A stretch of DNA of 64,000 nt, from positions 1,928 through 65,927 of the forward strand of contig JAYYJN010000079.1 of the NCBI GenBank assembly GCA_036146215.1, written 5' to 3'. Source of the stretch: Planctomycetota bacterium (GTDB lineage Bacteria; Planctomycetota; Planctomycetia; Pirellulales; UBA7805). Numbering within the stretch: the first letter of the stretch is position 1; every line of letters starts with the position of its first letter. Shown here one piece after another: positions 9,993-18,946 of the stretch. The notes under the pieces are model-generated. The model worked only from the letters and a program-made list of their open reading frames with translations, did no database searches and was not told the origin of the DNA. A program made the translations under genes and the position numbers.

Positions 9993-10394
9993 ATGTCACG
10001 GCATAAACCGTCACCGATTTTACAGAAACCATTGATCCACCGCCTGTTTGCTAGATCATTTCGTGCACTGCTTGTTTGGTGCCCTCTATTGATCGCACTC
10101 GGGTTTATGGTCGATCAATCCCAACTCCAGCAGGTCGCGGGCGATCCGCAGCAATCCCGATCAGTCCGCAAGCTTGCGGAACTTCGCGCCCAATTGACGG
10201 TGGGTCTTTTGCCGGCCTCTCCAGTACAGGAAGCCTTTCTAGACAAGGTGGTCGCTCATGTAGCCCGCGGGACCCTTTCGCTAGAAATGGTACAAGGGAC
10301 CTTTGTCTGGGCATGCGACCAGGCGGATTGGGCCTACCCTTATTTCGAACAGGCGCTCCGGAAGCGGGCACGCCGCGTTGGAGTGCAGCTCTGA
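9993..10394 (+). CDS. Hypothetical membrane-anchored protein
   Basis: 133 aa with one hydrophobic helix (ALLVWCPLLIALGFMV) and no domain I recognise. It lies in a locally GC-rich stretch where two other frames are also open, so the frame choice is uncertain. Confidence 0.4.
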   Translation: MSRHKPSPILQKPLIHRLFARSFRALLVWCPLLIALGFMVDQSQLQQVAGDPQQSRSVRKLAELRAQLTVGLLPASPVQEAFLDKVVAHVARGTLSLEMVQGTFVWACDQADWAYPYFEQALRKRARRVGVQL

Positions 10395-10429
10395 TCGGGT
10401 ATTCAGTCGCCTCGCCCCAAACGGGTCGC

Positions 10430-11038
10430 TTAGCGGGACATGAATTCGACCACGAGGTTTTCATCTACCGGTAGACTAATGTCCGCGCGGCCAGGTTGTT
10501 GCTGGACTGTAATCCGCAAAGTTTCTGTATCGACGGTCAACCAATCACATGGTTCGCCTTCAGACTCTTTTTCCATGTGGTGATATAACTGCAATATATT
10601 TTTACGGTTTCGTACTTGGATCACATCACCGGGGCGGACGTGATAAGAGGGTTTATTCGTTCGCCTTCCATTGACGAGAAAATGTCCGTGTACGATTCCC
10701 TGTCGAGCTTGCGGTCGCGTGCGGGTTAAACATGCTTTGCGGACCACATTGTCGAGACGGCACTCGAGAAATGATAACAACAGTTCCCCGGTTCGCCCCG
10801 GTTTCCGTGAGAGGCTAGCGAAGTAACGTCGCAACTGTCGCTCGCCGATGCCGTAGAAGTGCTTGATCTTCTGCTTTTCAACCAGACCTTGACCATAGGT
10901 CGACAGCTTGCGGGGTCGAGTGTGCATCCCCGGTGGCTCGGGGCGTCGATCAAAGGCACGAACTGCGCCTCCGCTTTCGTAGATCTGCGCACCCAAGCGG
11001 CGATTAATTTTCCCTTTTGCGTCTCGATAACGCGCCAT
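10430..11038 (-). CDS. rpsD: 30S ribosomal protein S4
   Basis: MARYRDAKGKINRRLG...YGQGLVEKQKIKHFYGIGERQLRRYF...RLDNVV...GHFLVNGRRTNKPSYHVRPGDVI is the classical S4 sequence with its S4 RNA-binding domain. Confidence 0.95.
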   Translation of the reverse strand: MARYRDAKGKINRRLGAQIYESGGAVRAFDRRPEPPGMHTRPRKLSTYGQGLVEKQKIKHFYGIGERQLRRYFASLSRKPGRTGELLLSFLECRLDNVVRKACLTRTRPQARQGIVHGHFLVNGRRTNKPSYHVRPGDVIQVRNRKNILQLYHHMEKESEGEPCDWLTVDTETLRITVQQQPGRADISLPVDENLVVEFMSR

Positions 11039-11324
11039 AACGATGTCTCCTTTGTTTGAAAAAAATCACAATCCGGGAATACCGAATTGCTGGGTGATCA
11101 CCGCATCGCTTGCCGGAAATCAATCACCCGTGGAGGTTTTCTGTAACCCTCCATGATGAGCGAATTGAGAATCTTTTCAAGTGGGATAGGCCGGGGAATG
11201 TGTGAAGGCGTCGCCAACGTAAAAATGCGACCGGTCCGGGTTGTCGGCTTGAAAAATGTGTAAAATGCCCACTTTGATCGGGGAATCCGTGGGAGAGGTT
11301 CTCCCGGGTATGACGGTCTTCTGA

Positions 11325-12446
11325 GTGAGACATGCACCGATGCAATCTTTTATGACCGCCTCGTGGCGGCAAACATTCAGACGTCGGCTAAAAGCATGGT
11401 ATACCCGCCAGGCTCGAGACTTACCTTGGCGACGGACACAAGATCCGTATCGAATCTGGGTCAGCGAAATCATGCTTCAGCAAACCCAGGTTAAAACGGT
11501 GATTCCCTACTACGAGCGATTTTGCGACCGATTTCCACAACTCAGCGATTTGGCAGAAGCAGAGGAAGCGGAGGTTTTGCAACTTTGGGAAGGGCTGGGC
11601 TACTATCGACGTGGAAGACAACTCCATGCTGCGGCCAAAAAAGTCGAGACAGAACTTGGAGGAGTTTTGCCGACTTCCCGGAAAGAACTGCAGCGACTTC
11701 CGGGCATCGGGCGATATACAGCAGCCGCTATTTTATCTTTCGCATTCGATCAAACGGAGCCTATTTTAGAGGCCAATACGATCCGCTTGCTGGCGCGATT
11801 GGCGGCGCTTCGATCTGAGGTTTCATCGTCAAAATCTCAGGAAACACTCTGGTCTCTCTCAGAGAACCTAATACCTAGAAAACACGTCGGACAATTCAAT
11901 CAAGCTTTGATGGAATTAGGAAGCCTCATTTGCATCCCGAAATCCCCTCGATGTGAGGAATGCCCTGTGGCCGATCTTTGTCTGGCTCGTCAGAAAAAAC
12001 TCACCGCAGATATTCCGGTGATGCGGCCTCGGGAAACGATCGAAAAAATTCGTGAGGCGTTAGTGTTGATTTGTCGCAAGCAACGATTTTTGATTCGCCA
12101 GTGCGGGCCGGACGAACGGTGGTCAGGCCTCTGGGATTTTCCCAGGATGCGGTTGGATCAAAAGAATCCATCGGCTGTCGCCTCACAGATTATCGACGGA
12201 GTCCGCGACTTGACTGGCTACACAGTGTCGCCTGGAAATCGCATAAAAACACTCAAGCATTCGGTGACTCGATATCAGATTACGCTGGATTGCTATGCGG
12301 CGACGATCGCGTCGTCACGACGCAAACAGGGGAACCTCACCCCGCATCGCTGGGTCCGTGCGGCTGAATTGAGCGATGTGCCCCTGAGCGTGACAGGACG
12401 TAAAATCGCTCGCTATCTGTCAGCGCATCCCACCTTGGAGTTGTAG
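11325..12446 (+). CDS. mutY: A/G-specific adenine DNA glycosylase MutY
   Basis: LPWRRTQDPYRIWVSEIMLQQTQVKTVIPYYERF, HhH-GPD LPGIGRYTAAAILSFAF, a 4Fe-4S Cys cluster (CIPKSPRCEECPVADLC) and a C-terminal NUDIX-like domain. The start could be a few codons downstream. Confidence 0.9.
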   Translation: MRHAPMQSFMTASWRQTFRRRLKAWYTRQARDLPWRRTQDPYRIWVSEIMLQQTQVKTVIPYYERFCDRFPQLSDLAEAEEAEVLQLWEGLGYYRRGRQLHAAAKKVETELGGVLPTSRKELQRLPGIGRYTAAAILSFAFDQTEPILEANTIRLLARLAALRSEVSSSKSQETLWSLSENLIPRKHVGQFNQALMELGSLICIPKSPRCEECPVADLCLARQKKLTADIPVMRPRETIEKIREALVLICRKQRFLIRQCGPDERWSGLWDFPRMRLDQKNPSAVASQIIDGVRDLTGYTVSPGNRIKTLKHSVTRYQITLDCYAATIASSRRKQGNLTPHRWVRAAELSDVPLSVTGRKIARYLSAHPTLEL

Positions 12447-12559
12447 TGAGTTGTAGGGAGGTGTTGAGATGAACGTTTTGGACTTGTCGCCTCGCGGCAG
12501 CGCGTTATCATCGATTCGCAGGGGTACTTCCGTGAACAAGCGTATTGCAGGTGATTGGC

Positions 12560-13234
12560 ATGCTTTTGCTTCAAGATGTCCGGAAAGCTTACTTAGAGCC
12601 GGATGGGACCCGGTTGCCGATACTCCACATTCGGCAATTTCAGGTCGACCGGGGGGAGCAGATGCTGCTGGTCGGCCGGAGTGGCAGTGGTAAAACCACC
12701 CTGCTGCATGTGATTGCGGGGATCACCAAGCCGGATTCAGGAATCGTCGAGATTGATGGAAGAGATATTACCCAACTGTCTGAAGCGGTGCGTGACCGAT
12801 TCCGTGCCGACAAAATGGGCTACGTGTTTCAAACATTTAATCTCCTACCTGGTTTCAGTGCGCTGGAAAATGTCTGCTTAGGAATGGCTTTCACGCGCAA
12901 CGCTGCCGATGCCGACCGCGCGCGCGAGTTGCTCAAGCGTGTTGGACTTGAGCATCGACTGTCGCACCGCCCTGCGGCACTTTCGGTGGGTGAACAGCAA
13001 CGGGTGGCAGTTGCTCGAGCATTGGCAAACAAACCTCAGTTACTTTTGGCAGATGAACCCACTGCAAATGTGGATGCCGGACATCAACAACAGATTGTCG
13101 ATTTGATTCGCGAGACATGTCGCGAAGAGAATGTGGCTCTGGTGATGGTGACTCACACTGCGGAGATTCGTGCACAATTTGATCGAGTCGATGAATTATC
13201 GGACATCAATCAAGTCGAGCATAGTGTTGTATAG
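12560..13234 (+). CDS. ABC transporter ATP-binding protein (MacB/LolD/FtsE-like)
   Basis: Walker A GRSGSGKTTLL, Q-loop, signature LSVGEQQRVAVARAL and Walker B LLLADEPTANVD. I prefer ATG 12560 (MLLLQDVRKAY, preceded by AGGTGA) over the track TTG at 12545. Confidence 0.9.
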   Translation: MLLLQDVRKAYLEPDGTRLPILHIRQFQVDRGEQMLLVGRSGSGKTTLLHVIAGITKPDSGIVEIDGRDITQLSEAVRDRFRADKMGYVFQTFNLLPGFSALENVCLGMAFTRNAADADRARELLKRVGLEHRLSHRPAALSVGEQQRVAVARALANKPQLLLADEPTANVDAGHQQQIVDLIRETCREENVALVMVTHTAEIRAQFDRVDELSDINQVEHSVV

Positions 13235-13280
13235 ACCATTTCTTCACACCCTTAGGCGGGCAAAGATTGCGAGTTGAACG

Positions 13281-14837
13281 ATGAGTTTATGGAAGATTGC
13301 CTGGCGGAGCGTTCAACAACGAAGTCTTTCCTCGTTGTTGACTGGCCTTTCCATTGCCCTGGGGACGGCATTGGTGATTATTGTTTTGGTGGTGTACGGG
13401 GTGGTTGCTCAATCATTCCGTGAGGCAGCACAGGGCTACCATCTTATTCTTGGTGCGAAGGGTGGAAAGTTACAATTGACGCTCAACACGGTGTTTCATC
13501 TGAGTCAACCAATCGAGAACGTGCCATATTCGTTCTATAAAGAGTTTACTGAATACAAAGATGCAGAGGGCAAACCGACGCGAGGAAAGTATGCTTCGGC
13601 AGTCGAGGTGGCGGTTCCCTATTGTTTAGGGGACAGTTACCAGGAGTTTCGCGTTGTCGGGACCACACCCGATTTATTCGATAAATTGAGCTACGGTAGC
13701 TATGCCGATGGAAAACCGAAATTTTACGAATTCTCGGCAGGCAAAAACTTCACAGCGGATGATTTTCGCGGTGCGGTGATTGGCGCTGTGGCGGCAAAGA
13801 AAACGGGTTTAACGGTCGGTGACCGATTTCCCATTACACACGGATTGGCGGAAGACGAGGATGCACATGTTCATGAGGAAGATGCGTTTCATGTGGTAGG
13901 CATTTTAAAGCCGACCGGCACACCCAATGACCGTGCGGTGTTTGTCAACATGGAAGGTTTTTATCTGATCGGCGACCACGCGAAACCGGTTGAATCCGAA
14001 CCGGAGTCAGCCGAATCGCGAGAATACAGACAGCAGGTGGATCGCTTAAAGAGAGTCGATACGATGCTGGCGAAATTGCTTGCCGCGGGTAAGCTCGAAC
14101 CGAATGTTGCAAGCGAAGTGAAACAGGTGGAATCTTTGCTTGGCGAAATGCAGGAGTCATTCGCCGCAAAGATTACCGATGACAAGGACCAGTCCACCTC
14201 AGTGGTCACACCTGCACCGGATACAGAGGGTAAAGCCGTTCCATTGCCGGAAAATCAACGCGAGGTAACGGCGGTGTTGTTATTGCTCAAGAACGATGTC
14301 TTTTCTCAAATCTTGCACAATAAAGTCAACGAAGGCAGTGTCGCTCAGGCCGTTTATCCCAGTCGGGAGGTTGCCCAACTTTTTGAGGGAATCGTGGGGC
14401 ATGTCCAAACAATCCTCTTGGTTCTCGCAATTCTTGTCGTGATTGTCGCAGGAGTTGGTGTCATGGTGAGTATGTATAACTCGATGAGTGATCGGAGTCG
14501 AGAAATTGGCATCATGCGAGCATTGGGTGCCGGGCGGGTTACCGTGATGACCATTGTTCTGCTCGAAGCGATTCTGTTGGCTGTCCTTGGCGGCGCAGTC
14601 GGAGTAATTCTCGGGCATTCTGCCATTGGTGCTTTTGCATCAGTTATCGCGGACAACACCGGGGTAATGATTCACTTTTTAGAACCAGCACCTGCAGCGG
14701 ATTTCGGCGGTTGGCGTATATCCCCTGAGTTGGTTTTGATTCCCGCATTAATTCTACTGGCAGTCCTCGTTGGCTTTCTTCCGGCATTGGTCGCTTATCG
14801 GACCGATGTCTCCCGGGCATTGAGTCAGTCTCCCTAG
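13281..14837 (+). CDS. ABC transporter permease, FtsX/MacB type, with an enlarged periplasmic domain
   Basis: 518 aa. TM1 is LLTGLSIALGTALVIIVLVV. A roughly 330-aa extracytoplasmic region follows, with an acidic coiled segment. The C-terminal FtsX domain reads REIGIMRALGAGRVTVMTIVLLEAILLAVLGG and carries three TM helices. Confidence 0.9.
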   Translation: MSLWKIAWRSVQQRSLSSLLTGLSIALGTALVIIVLVVYGVVAQSFREAAQGYHLILGAKGGKLQLTLNTVFHLSQPIENVPYSFYKEFTEYKDAEGKPTRGKYASAVEVAVPYCLGDSYQEFRVVGTTPDLFDKLSYGSYADGKPKFYEFSAGKNFTADDFRGAVIGAVAAKKTGLTVGDRFPITHGLAEDEDAHVHEEDAFHVVGILKPTGTPNDRAVFVNMEGFYLIGDHAKPVESEPESAESREYRQQVDRLKRVDTMLAKLLAAGKLEPNVASEVKQVESLLGEMQESFAAKITDDKDQSTSVVTPAPDTEGKAVPLPENQREVTAVLLLLKNDVFSQILHNKVNEGSVAQAVYPSREVAQLFEGIVGHVQTILLVLAILVVIVAGVGVMVSMYNSMSDRSREIGIMRALGAGRVTVMTIVLLEAILLAVLGGAVGVILGHSAIGAFASVIADNTGVMIHFLEPAPAADFGGWRISPELVLIPALILLAVLVGFLPALVAYRTDVSRALSQSP

Positions 14838-14859
14838 AGGGGAATCTGGAACGAATCGC

Positions 14860-16296
14860 ATGTCTGCTTTTGTGAAATTTCTCTTGCAGGTGACTACTCT
14901 TATTAGTCTGGGATTCAGCATCGCCCCACCCGGAGTCGTGGAGGGGTGTTCGATTTGTGCCAGCCTCTCACCAACACTTTGTGATGAAATGGCCGCCGCA
15001 GATCTTGCAGTTGTCGCGGAATACATCGGTACTCCGGAGGTCGATCCGGGGATCGCCGATCCGGAGGCGTATAAATCATCGTTTCGAATCCGAAATATCT
15101 TTAAGGGGTCCGACGAAATTGATGACAGTCTTTCGGTGAAGGTACTTTTTTTCCCCAGCGAGAGTGCTAAATCGGGTGATCAGTATCTTATCCATGGCAA
15201 TTGGATCGACAACGATGATCAGACTGCTATGGAAATCCGCTGGACAACCCCGATCGCCATGTCAGACGAAGCGATAGCGTACTTAAATCGAATGAGGAGT
15301 TTACCGGAAGATGAGCCGCAACGATTGATCGAGGCAATGGCTTATTTAGAGAGTGATGATCCGATGCTTCGCCGGGATGCATTTGACGAATTCGGCAAAG
15401 CCCCCTATGAATTGCTCGAGCAGTTGAAACCGGTGCTCGATAAGCAAACTTTGATTGCTAAAATTGATAATCCGGAGACCGAATCGAACATCAGGAAACT
15501 CTGTTACACCCTCCTCACGATCTGCGGTACACCGCAGGAGTTGCCTTTTCTAACGTCAAAAATAAAACAAGAGCAGAAGCAGGCGAGCGACTCGCTTCCC
15601 GCGATTATTGCCTGCTATTTGAGTATTGCCGGCGCAGAGGGTTTACCGCTCATTGAGAACGTCTTTCTCATGCAGGAGGGATCCGATCACGAGCGACGCG
15701 CGGGGGACGCGATCACGGCGTTACGGTTTCACGGGCAAGAGGCATCGGTTATTAAGCGAGAGCGGATAAGCGATGTATTTTTACGAATGCTACAAAGACC
15801 CACGTTGGGTGCCCGCGTTTTGAGTGATCTTGCGCGTTGGGAAAATTGGTCGGCAGTGGATCAAGTTGTTGCCATGTTTATCAATGCGGACGGAGATGGG
15901 TTGTGGGTACGGGAACCGGCGATTCGCTATTTACTCGCCTGTCCCACCGAATCAGCAAAAAAACAGATTCCAAAACTCGAGGCACTTGATCCCCTTGCGG
16001 TTCGCAATGGCCGACGGTTCGCGCTTCCCTTCGCAATGGGCCCAAGGAACATCGGCGTGGAGAATCAGACGGTCAACGCCTCGCAAGGCGAGCGGACCGA
16101 GACCCCACGGGTGGGCAATGCAGAGCCTGCCACTGATACTCCGGTGGTTTTTGGTGAAAAACAGCCGACAGTGACACAGGTTCCACTCAGGCAGCAGATG
16201 GACCCCTGGCGCTATGGCATTCCGCTCGTCATTGGTGTGTTGTTCGTGGTATTATTAGGTTGGTTTGTGATGCGGCGGCAACCACAATCTTTTTGA
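14860..16296 (+). CDS. Exported Cys-x-x-Cys helical-repeat (HEAT/ARM-like) protein with a C-terminal TM anchor; paralog A
   Basis: 478 aa. A signal sequence is followed by GCSICASL. It is alignable by eye over about 350 aa with the next gene (AADLAVVAEY / AADVAVLGEL; SSFRIRNIFKG / TTFRIKKIYKG; DPMLRRDAFDEFGKAPYELL / DPILQGDAFDEFARADYQAL; LARWENWSAVDQVVAMF / LARWKDWGSMDRLVQMF). C-terminal helix: IPLVIGVLFVVLLGWFV. Confidence 0.7.
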   Translation: MSAFVKFLLQVTTLISLGFSIAPPGVVEGCSICASLSPTLCDEMAAADLAVVAEYIGTPEVDPGIADPEAYKSSFRIRNIFKGSDEIDDSLSVKVLFFPSESAKSGDQYLIHGNWIDNDDQTAMEIRWTTPIAMSDEAIAYLNRMRSLPEDEPQRLIEAMAYLESDDPMLRRDAFDEFGKAPYELLEQLKPVLDKQTLIAKIDNPETESNIRKLCYTLLTICGTPQELPFLTSKIKQEQKQASDSLPAIIACYLSIAGAEGLPLIENVFLMQEGSDHERRAGDAITALRFHGQEASVIKRERISDVFLRMLQRPTLGARVLSDLARWENWSAVDQVVAMFINADGDGLWVREPAIRYLLACPTESAKKQIPKLEALDPLAVRNGRRFALPFAMGPRNIGVENQTVNASQGERTETPRVGNAEPATDTPVVFGEKQPTVTQVPLRQQMDPWRYGIPLVIGVLFVVLLGWFVMRRQPQSF

Positions 16297-16337
16297 TTGT
16301 GTTGTTCCCAGAAAAATCATCGCGAGGTTCAAGGCAA

Positions 16338-17588
16338 ATGCAATCTTTTTTTCGGATTTTGGCGGTGGTGTTGTTTTTATCCGGTGGTACCAGCCTCCTC
16401 TTAGCCTGTCCTTTTTGTCGCCCCGTAAAGACCACCTTCACCGAAGATATCAATGCCGCCGATGTGGCAGTACTCGGCGAACTTGTGGCCCGCCCAAAGC
16501 GCCCTGACTCGAGTGAGGGTGAATTGCCTGCGGCTGACATTATTGATTCTTATAAGACCACATTTCGAATCAAAAAAATTTATAAAGGAGACAAGCGAGT
16601 CGATCTTGGCGATGAGATTGTCGCAATTTATACGGGAGATGCTCCCCTGGGTGCAGAATGTTTGCTTCGTGGAATCGGAAAAGAAGAAGATCTGCAATGG
16701 GTTCCTCCGGTGCCGCTAAGTCAACGGGCTCAGACGTATGTGGAGCAAGTGCTGAAGCTTCCGGAGAATGGATCTGAAAGGTTAGTCTTTTTTGAAGATT
16801 ATCTGGAAGATAAAGATCCGATTTTGCAAGGAGATGCCTTCGATGAATTTGCAAGAGCTGACTACCAGGCACTCAAAGATATTCGTGCCCGTATCGATCA
16901 TGAAAGGCTTCTAGGGTGGATTCAAAATCCCGATGTGACTCCCTCCAATCGTCGTCTTTATTTCACAATGCTGAGCGTTTGTGGGAAACCAGAAGATTTG
17001 GGTTTGCTCCGCGAAATGCTCGTTTCTGGAGACGAGAGCCAACTAAAGGGTCTCGATTCATTGATCTCTTGTTATCTCACCCTTGCTGGTTCAAAAGGCA
17101 TCGATTTGGTTGAAGACGAATTTTTAAGGGGTGGCGTGTTTTGGGATCCTGAATATGTACACACGTATGCGGCAATCATGGCAATTCGCTTTCAGGGGCA
17201 GGAAGGCGACATAATTCCACGTGATCGGCTGATTGCAGCTTTGCAGATTGTGCTTGACCGACCTGAGTTGGCGGATCTGGTGATACCGGATTTAGCCCGC
17301 TGGAAAGATTGGGGTTCTATGGACCGTCTTGTTCAGATGTTTAAAGATGCTGGGGAAAAATCGAGTTGGGTTCGTGTGCCGATTGTTAATTTTCTCCGCG
17401 CATGTCCCCTTCCGGAGGCCAAAGAACAATTGGGAGAACTGGCTAAGATTGATCCAGATGCGGTGAGGCGAGCCACCACATTTTTCCCATTCGCTACGGG
17501 AAGTCGGGGGAAAAAATCAGAAGTTGCCACTGCTACGAAGCCGAAAGAAGAGAAACAAGAGACCGAGAAATCTTCGCCGAAACCATAA
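16338..17588 (+). CDS. Exported Cys-x-x-Cys helical-repeat (HEAT/ARM-like) protein, possible lipoprotein; paralog B
   Basis: Starts at ATG 16338 (MQSFFRILAVVLFLSGGTSLLLACPFCRP); the track start 16260 overlaps the upstream gene. The LLAC context is lipobox-like. It is a paralog of 14860-16296 but ends in a Lys/Glu-rich tail instead of a TM helix. Confidence 0.7.
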   Translation: MQSFFRILAVVLFLSGGTSLLLACPFCRPVKTTFTEDINAADVAVLGELVARPKRPDSSEGELPAADIIDSYKTTFRIKKIYKGDKRVDLGDEIVAIYTGDAPLGAECLLRGIGKEEDLQWVPPVPLSQRAQTYVEQVLKLPENGSERLVFFEDYLEDKDPILQGDAFDEFARADYQALKDIRARIDHERLLGWIQNPDVTPSNRRLYFTMLSVCGKPEDLGLLREMLVSGDESQLKGLDSLISCYLTLAGSKGIDLVEDEFLRGGVFWDPEYVHTYAAIMAIRFQGQEGDIIPRDRLIAALQIVLDRPELADLVIPDLARWKDWGSMDRLVQMFKDAGEKSSWVRVPIVNFLRACPLPEAKEQLGELAKIDPDAVRRATTFFPFATGSRGKKSEVATATKPKEEKQETEKSSPKP

Positions 17589-17654
17589 ATTTTATTTCGC
17601 GTGGATGGTATCAATTCATAGATTAATTAGATCATTGTCCGAAATCGCATCGAC

Positions 17655-18335
17655 ATGAGTATGAATGTCCAGTTAGGTGAGACGATTGACGTGACTGTCA
17701 GTGATGACGACTATCGCGCATTGTCGGGCGCAGCAGTAATGAGTCTTGCACTCGGATTTTTGTCGGCCCTTGCCTTACTTACTCTTTATTTAGCTGCAAT
17801 TCCCATTTTAGGCATCCTGTTCGGTTTTTATGCAATCTTGCAAATCCGTAAACATCCGAGTGAACTAACAGGCCGGGGTGTCGCAATCGCGGGAGTGATT
17901 CTTTCGTCCACGCTTCTCGTAGCAGGCGCAAGTGTCGCATCGTACGTGTATGCCACAGAAGTACCAAGCGGATATGAGCGGATTTTTTATTCCCAGCTGC
18001 AACCAGAGGAAGGAAAAATCGGACAAAAGATTCCGCCACTTGCTGAAGAGCTCGATGGAAAAAAGGTTTTTATCAAGGGATATGTCTTTCCTGGGAAACA
18101 ACGCCAAGGAATCAAAACCTTTCTATTGGTTCGCGATAAAGGAGACTGCTGTTTTGGTGGAAATCCGAAATTAACCGATCGGATCCAGGTCACGCTGTCT
18201 GACCCTGAGCGGTTGCAATTTGATCCTTACCTGCACAAAGTTGCTGGCACATTCAGGCTCGTCAAGAATCCGGGCCAAGCGGTCGATGCGGGTGGCGAAG
18301 TTTATTATCATCTGGATAACGGTCAGTTGCGATGA
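17655..18335 (+). CDS. DUF3299-like protein with an N-terminal two-helix membrane anchor (DUF4190-like)
   Basis: N-terminal hydrophobic hairpin (AVMSLALGFLSALALLTLYLAAIPILGILFGFYAILQI ... GVAIAGVILSSTLLVAG). The C-terminal domain KVFIKGYVFPGKQRQGIKTFLLVRDKGDCCFGGNPKLTDRIQVTL matches the DUF3299 pattern as I remember it. Confidence 0.65.
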   Translation: MSMNVQLGETIDVTVSDDDYRALSGAAVMSLALGFLSALALLTLYLAAIPILGILFGFYAILQIRKHPSELTGRGVAIAGVILSSTLLVAGASVASYVYATEVPSGYERIFYSQLQPEEGKIGQKIPPLAEELDGKKVFIKGYVFPGKQRQGIKTFLLVRDKGDCCFGGNPKLTDRIQVTLSDPERLQFDPYLHKVAGTFRLVKNPGQAVDAGGEVYYHLDNGQLR

Positions 18336-18928
18336 TCAAAGGTGGTTGGACGAAAAATACTCTCTTGGTGATGGTGGCTTTGTTGCTGCCAGCGTGTAAT
18401 CAGGGTTTAACAGTGCCATTGGAATCGTCTTCTTCAGCGTCCTCGTCAGACGAAGATGGATCCAATACTGGTGAGCGGAAAGTCAATCAAGGCGACGATC
18501 AGCAAGCTGAATCCGCGAGGCCACTGTTTCCAATAGCACAAAAGTCCAAGAGTTCTAAAACACAAGCGATCTCATTTGATGACATCAAGTTTGAAATGAA
18601 AATAGACGACCCGTTTGATCGCTCGATGCTCACCAAAAAGATTACCGAGTATGACGGGCAGAAGATTAAGATTCGCGGATACATCTTGCCAAGTTTCAAG
18701 CAAGATGGACTCACCCAATTTGTCTTGGTTCGAGACAATTTAGAGTGTTGCTTCGGGCCAGGTGCCGCGCTTTATGATTGTGTCATGGTAGAGATGCAGG
18801 CCGGAAAGAGTGCCAGTTACAGCGTGCGACCGGTGACAGTTGAGGGCGGTTTTAAAATCACTGAATGGAAAGATTATGATGGGGTCATTCGGGCGATTTA
18901 TCATCTCGACGGGGATGTCGTCTACTGA
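18332..18928 (+). CDS. DUF3299-like lipoprotein, paralog of 17655-18335
   Basis: Lipobox LLLPAC. The C-terminal domain KIKIRGYILPSFKQDGLTQFVLVRDNLECCFGPGAALYDCVMVEM parallels the upstream gene. Its start overlaps the upstream stop (ATGA). Confidence 0.65.
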   Translation: MIKGGWTKNTLLVMVALLLPACNQGLTVPLESSSSASSSDEDGSNTGERKVNQGDDQQAESARPLFPIAQKSKSSKTQAISFDDIKFEMKIDDPFDRSMLTKKITEYDGQKIKIRGYILPSFKQDGLTQFVLVRDNLECCFGPGAALYDCVMVEMQAGKSASYSVRPVTVEGGFKITEWKDYDGVIRAIYHLDGDVVY

Positions 18929-18946
18929 AAAGTGAGATCGAATCAC

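Noticed and set aside
10076-10474. Two ~120-130 aa ORFs (10076-10474 plus, 10105-10464 minus) overlapping the 9993-10394 ORF and the rpsD 3' end.
   Set aside because: Locally high GC keeps several frames open. Their Pro/Arg/Gly-rich composition is typical of off-frame translation. I kept only the frame with a plausible TM helix, and that at low confidence.
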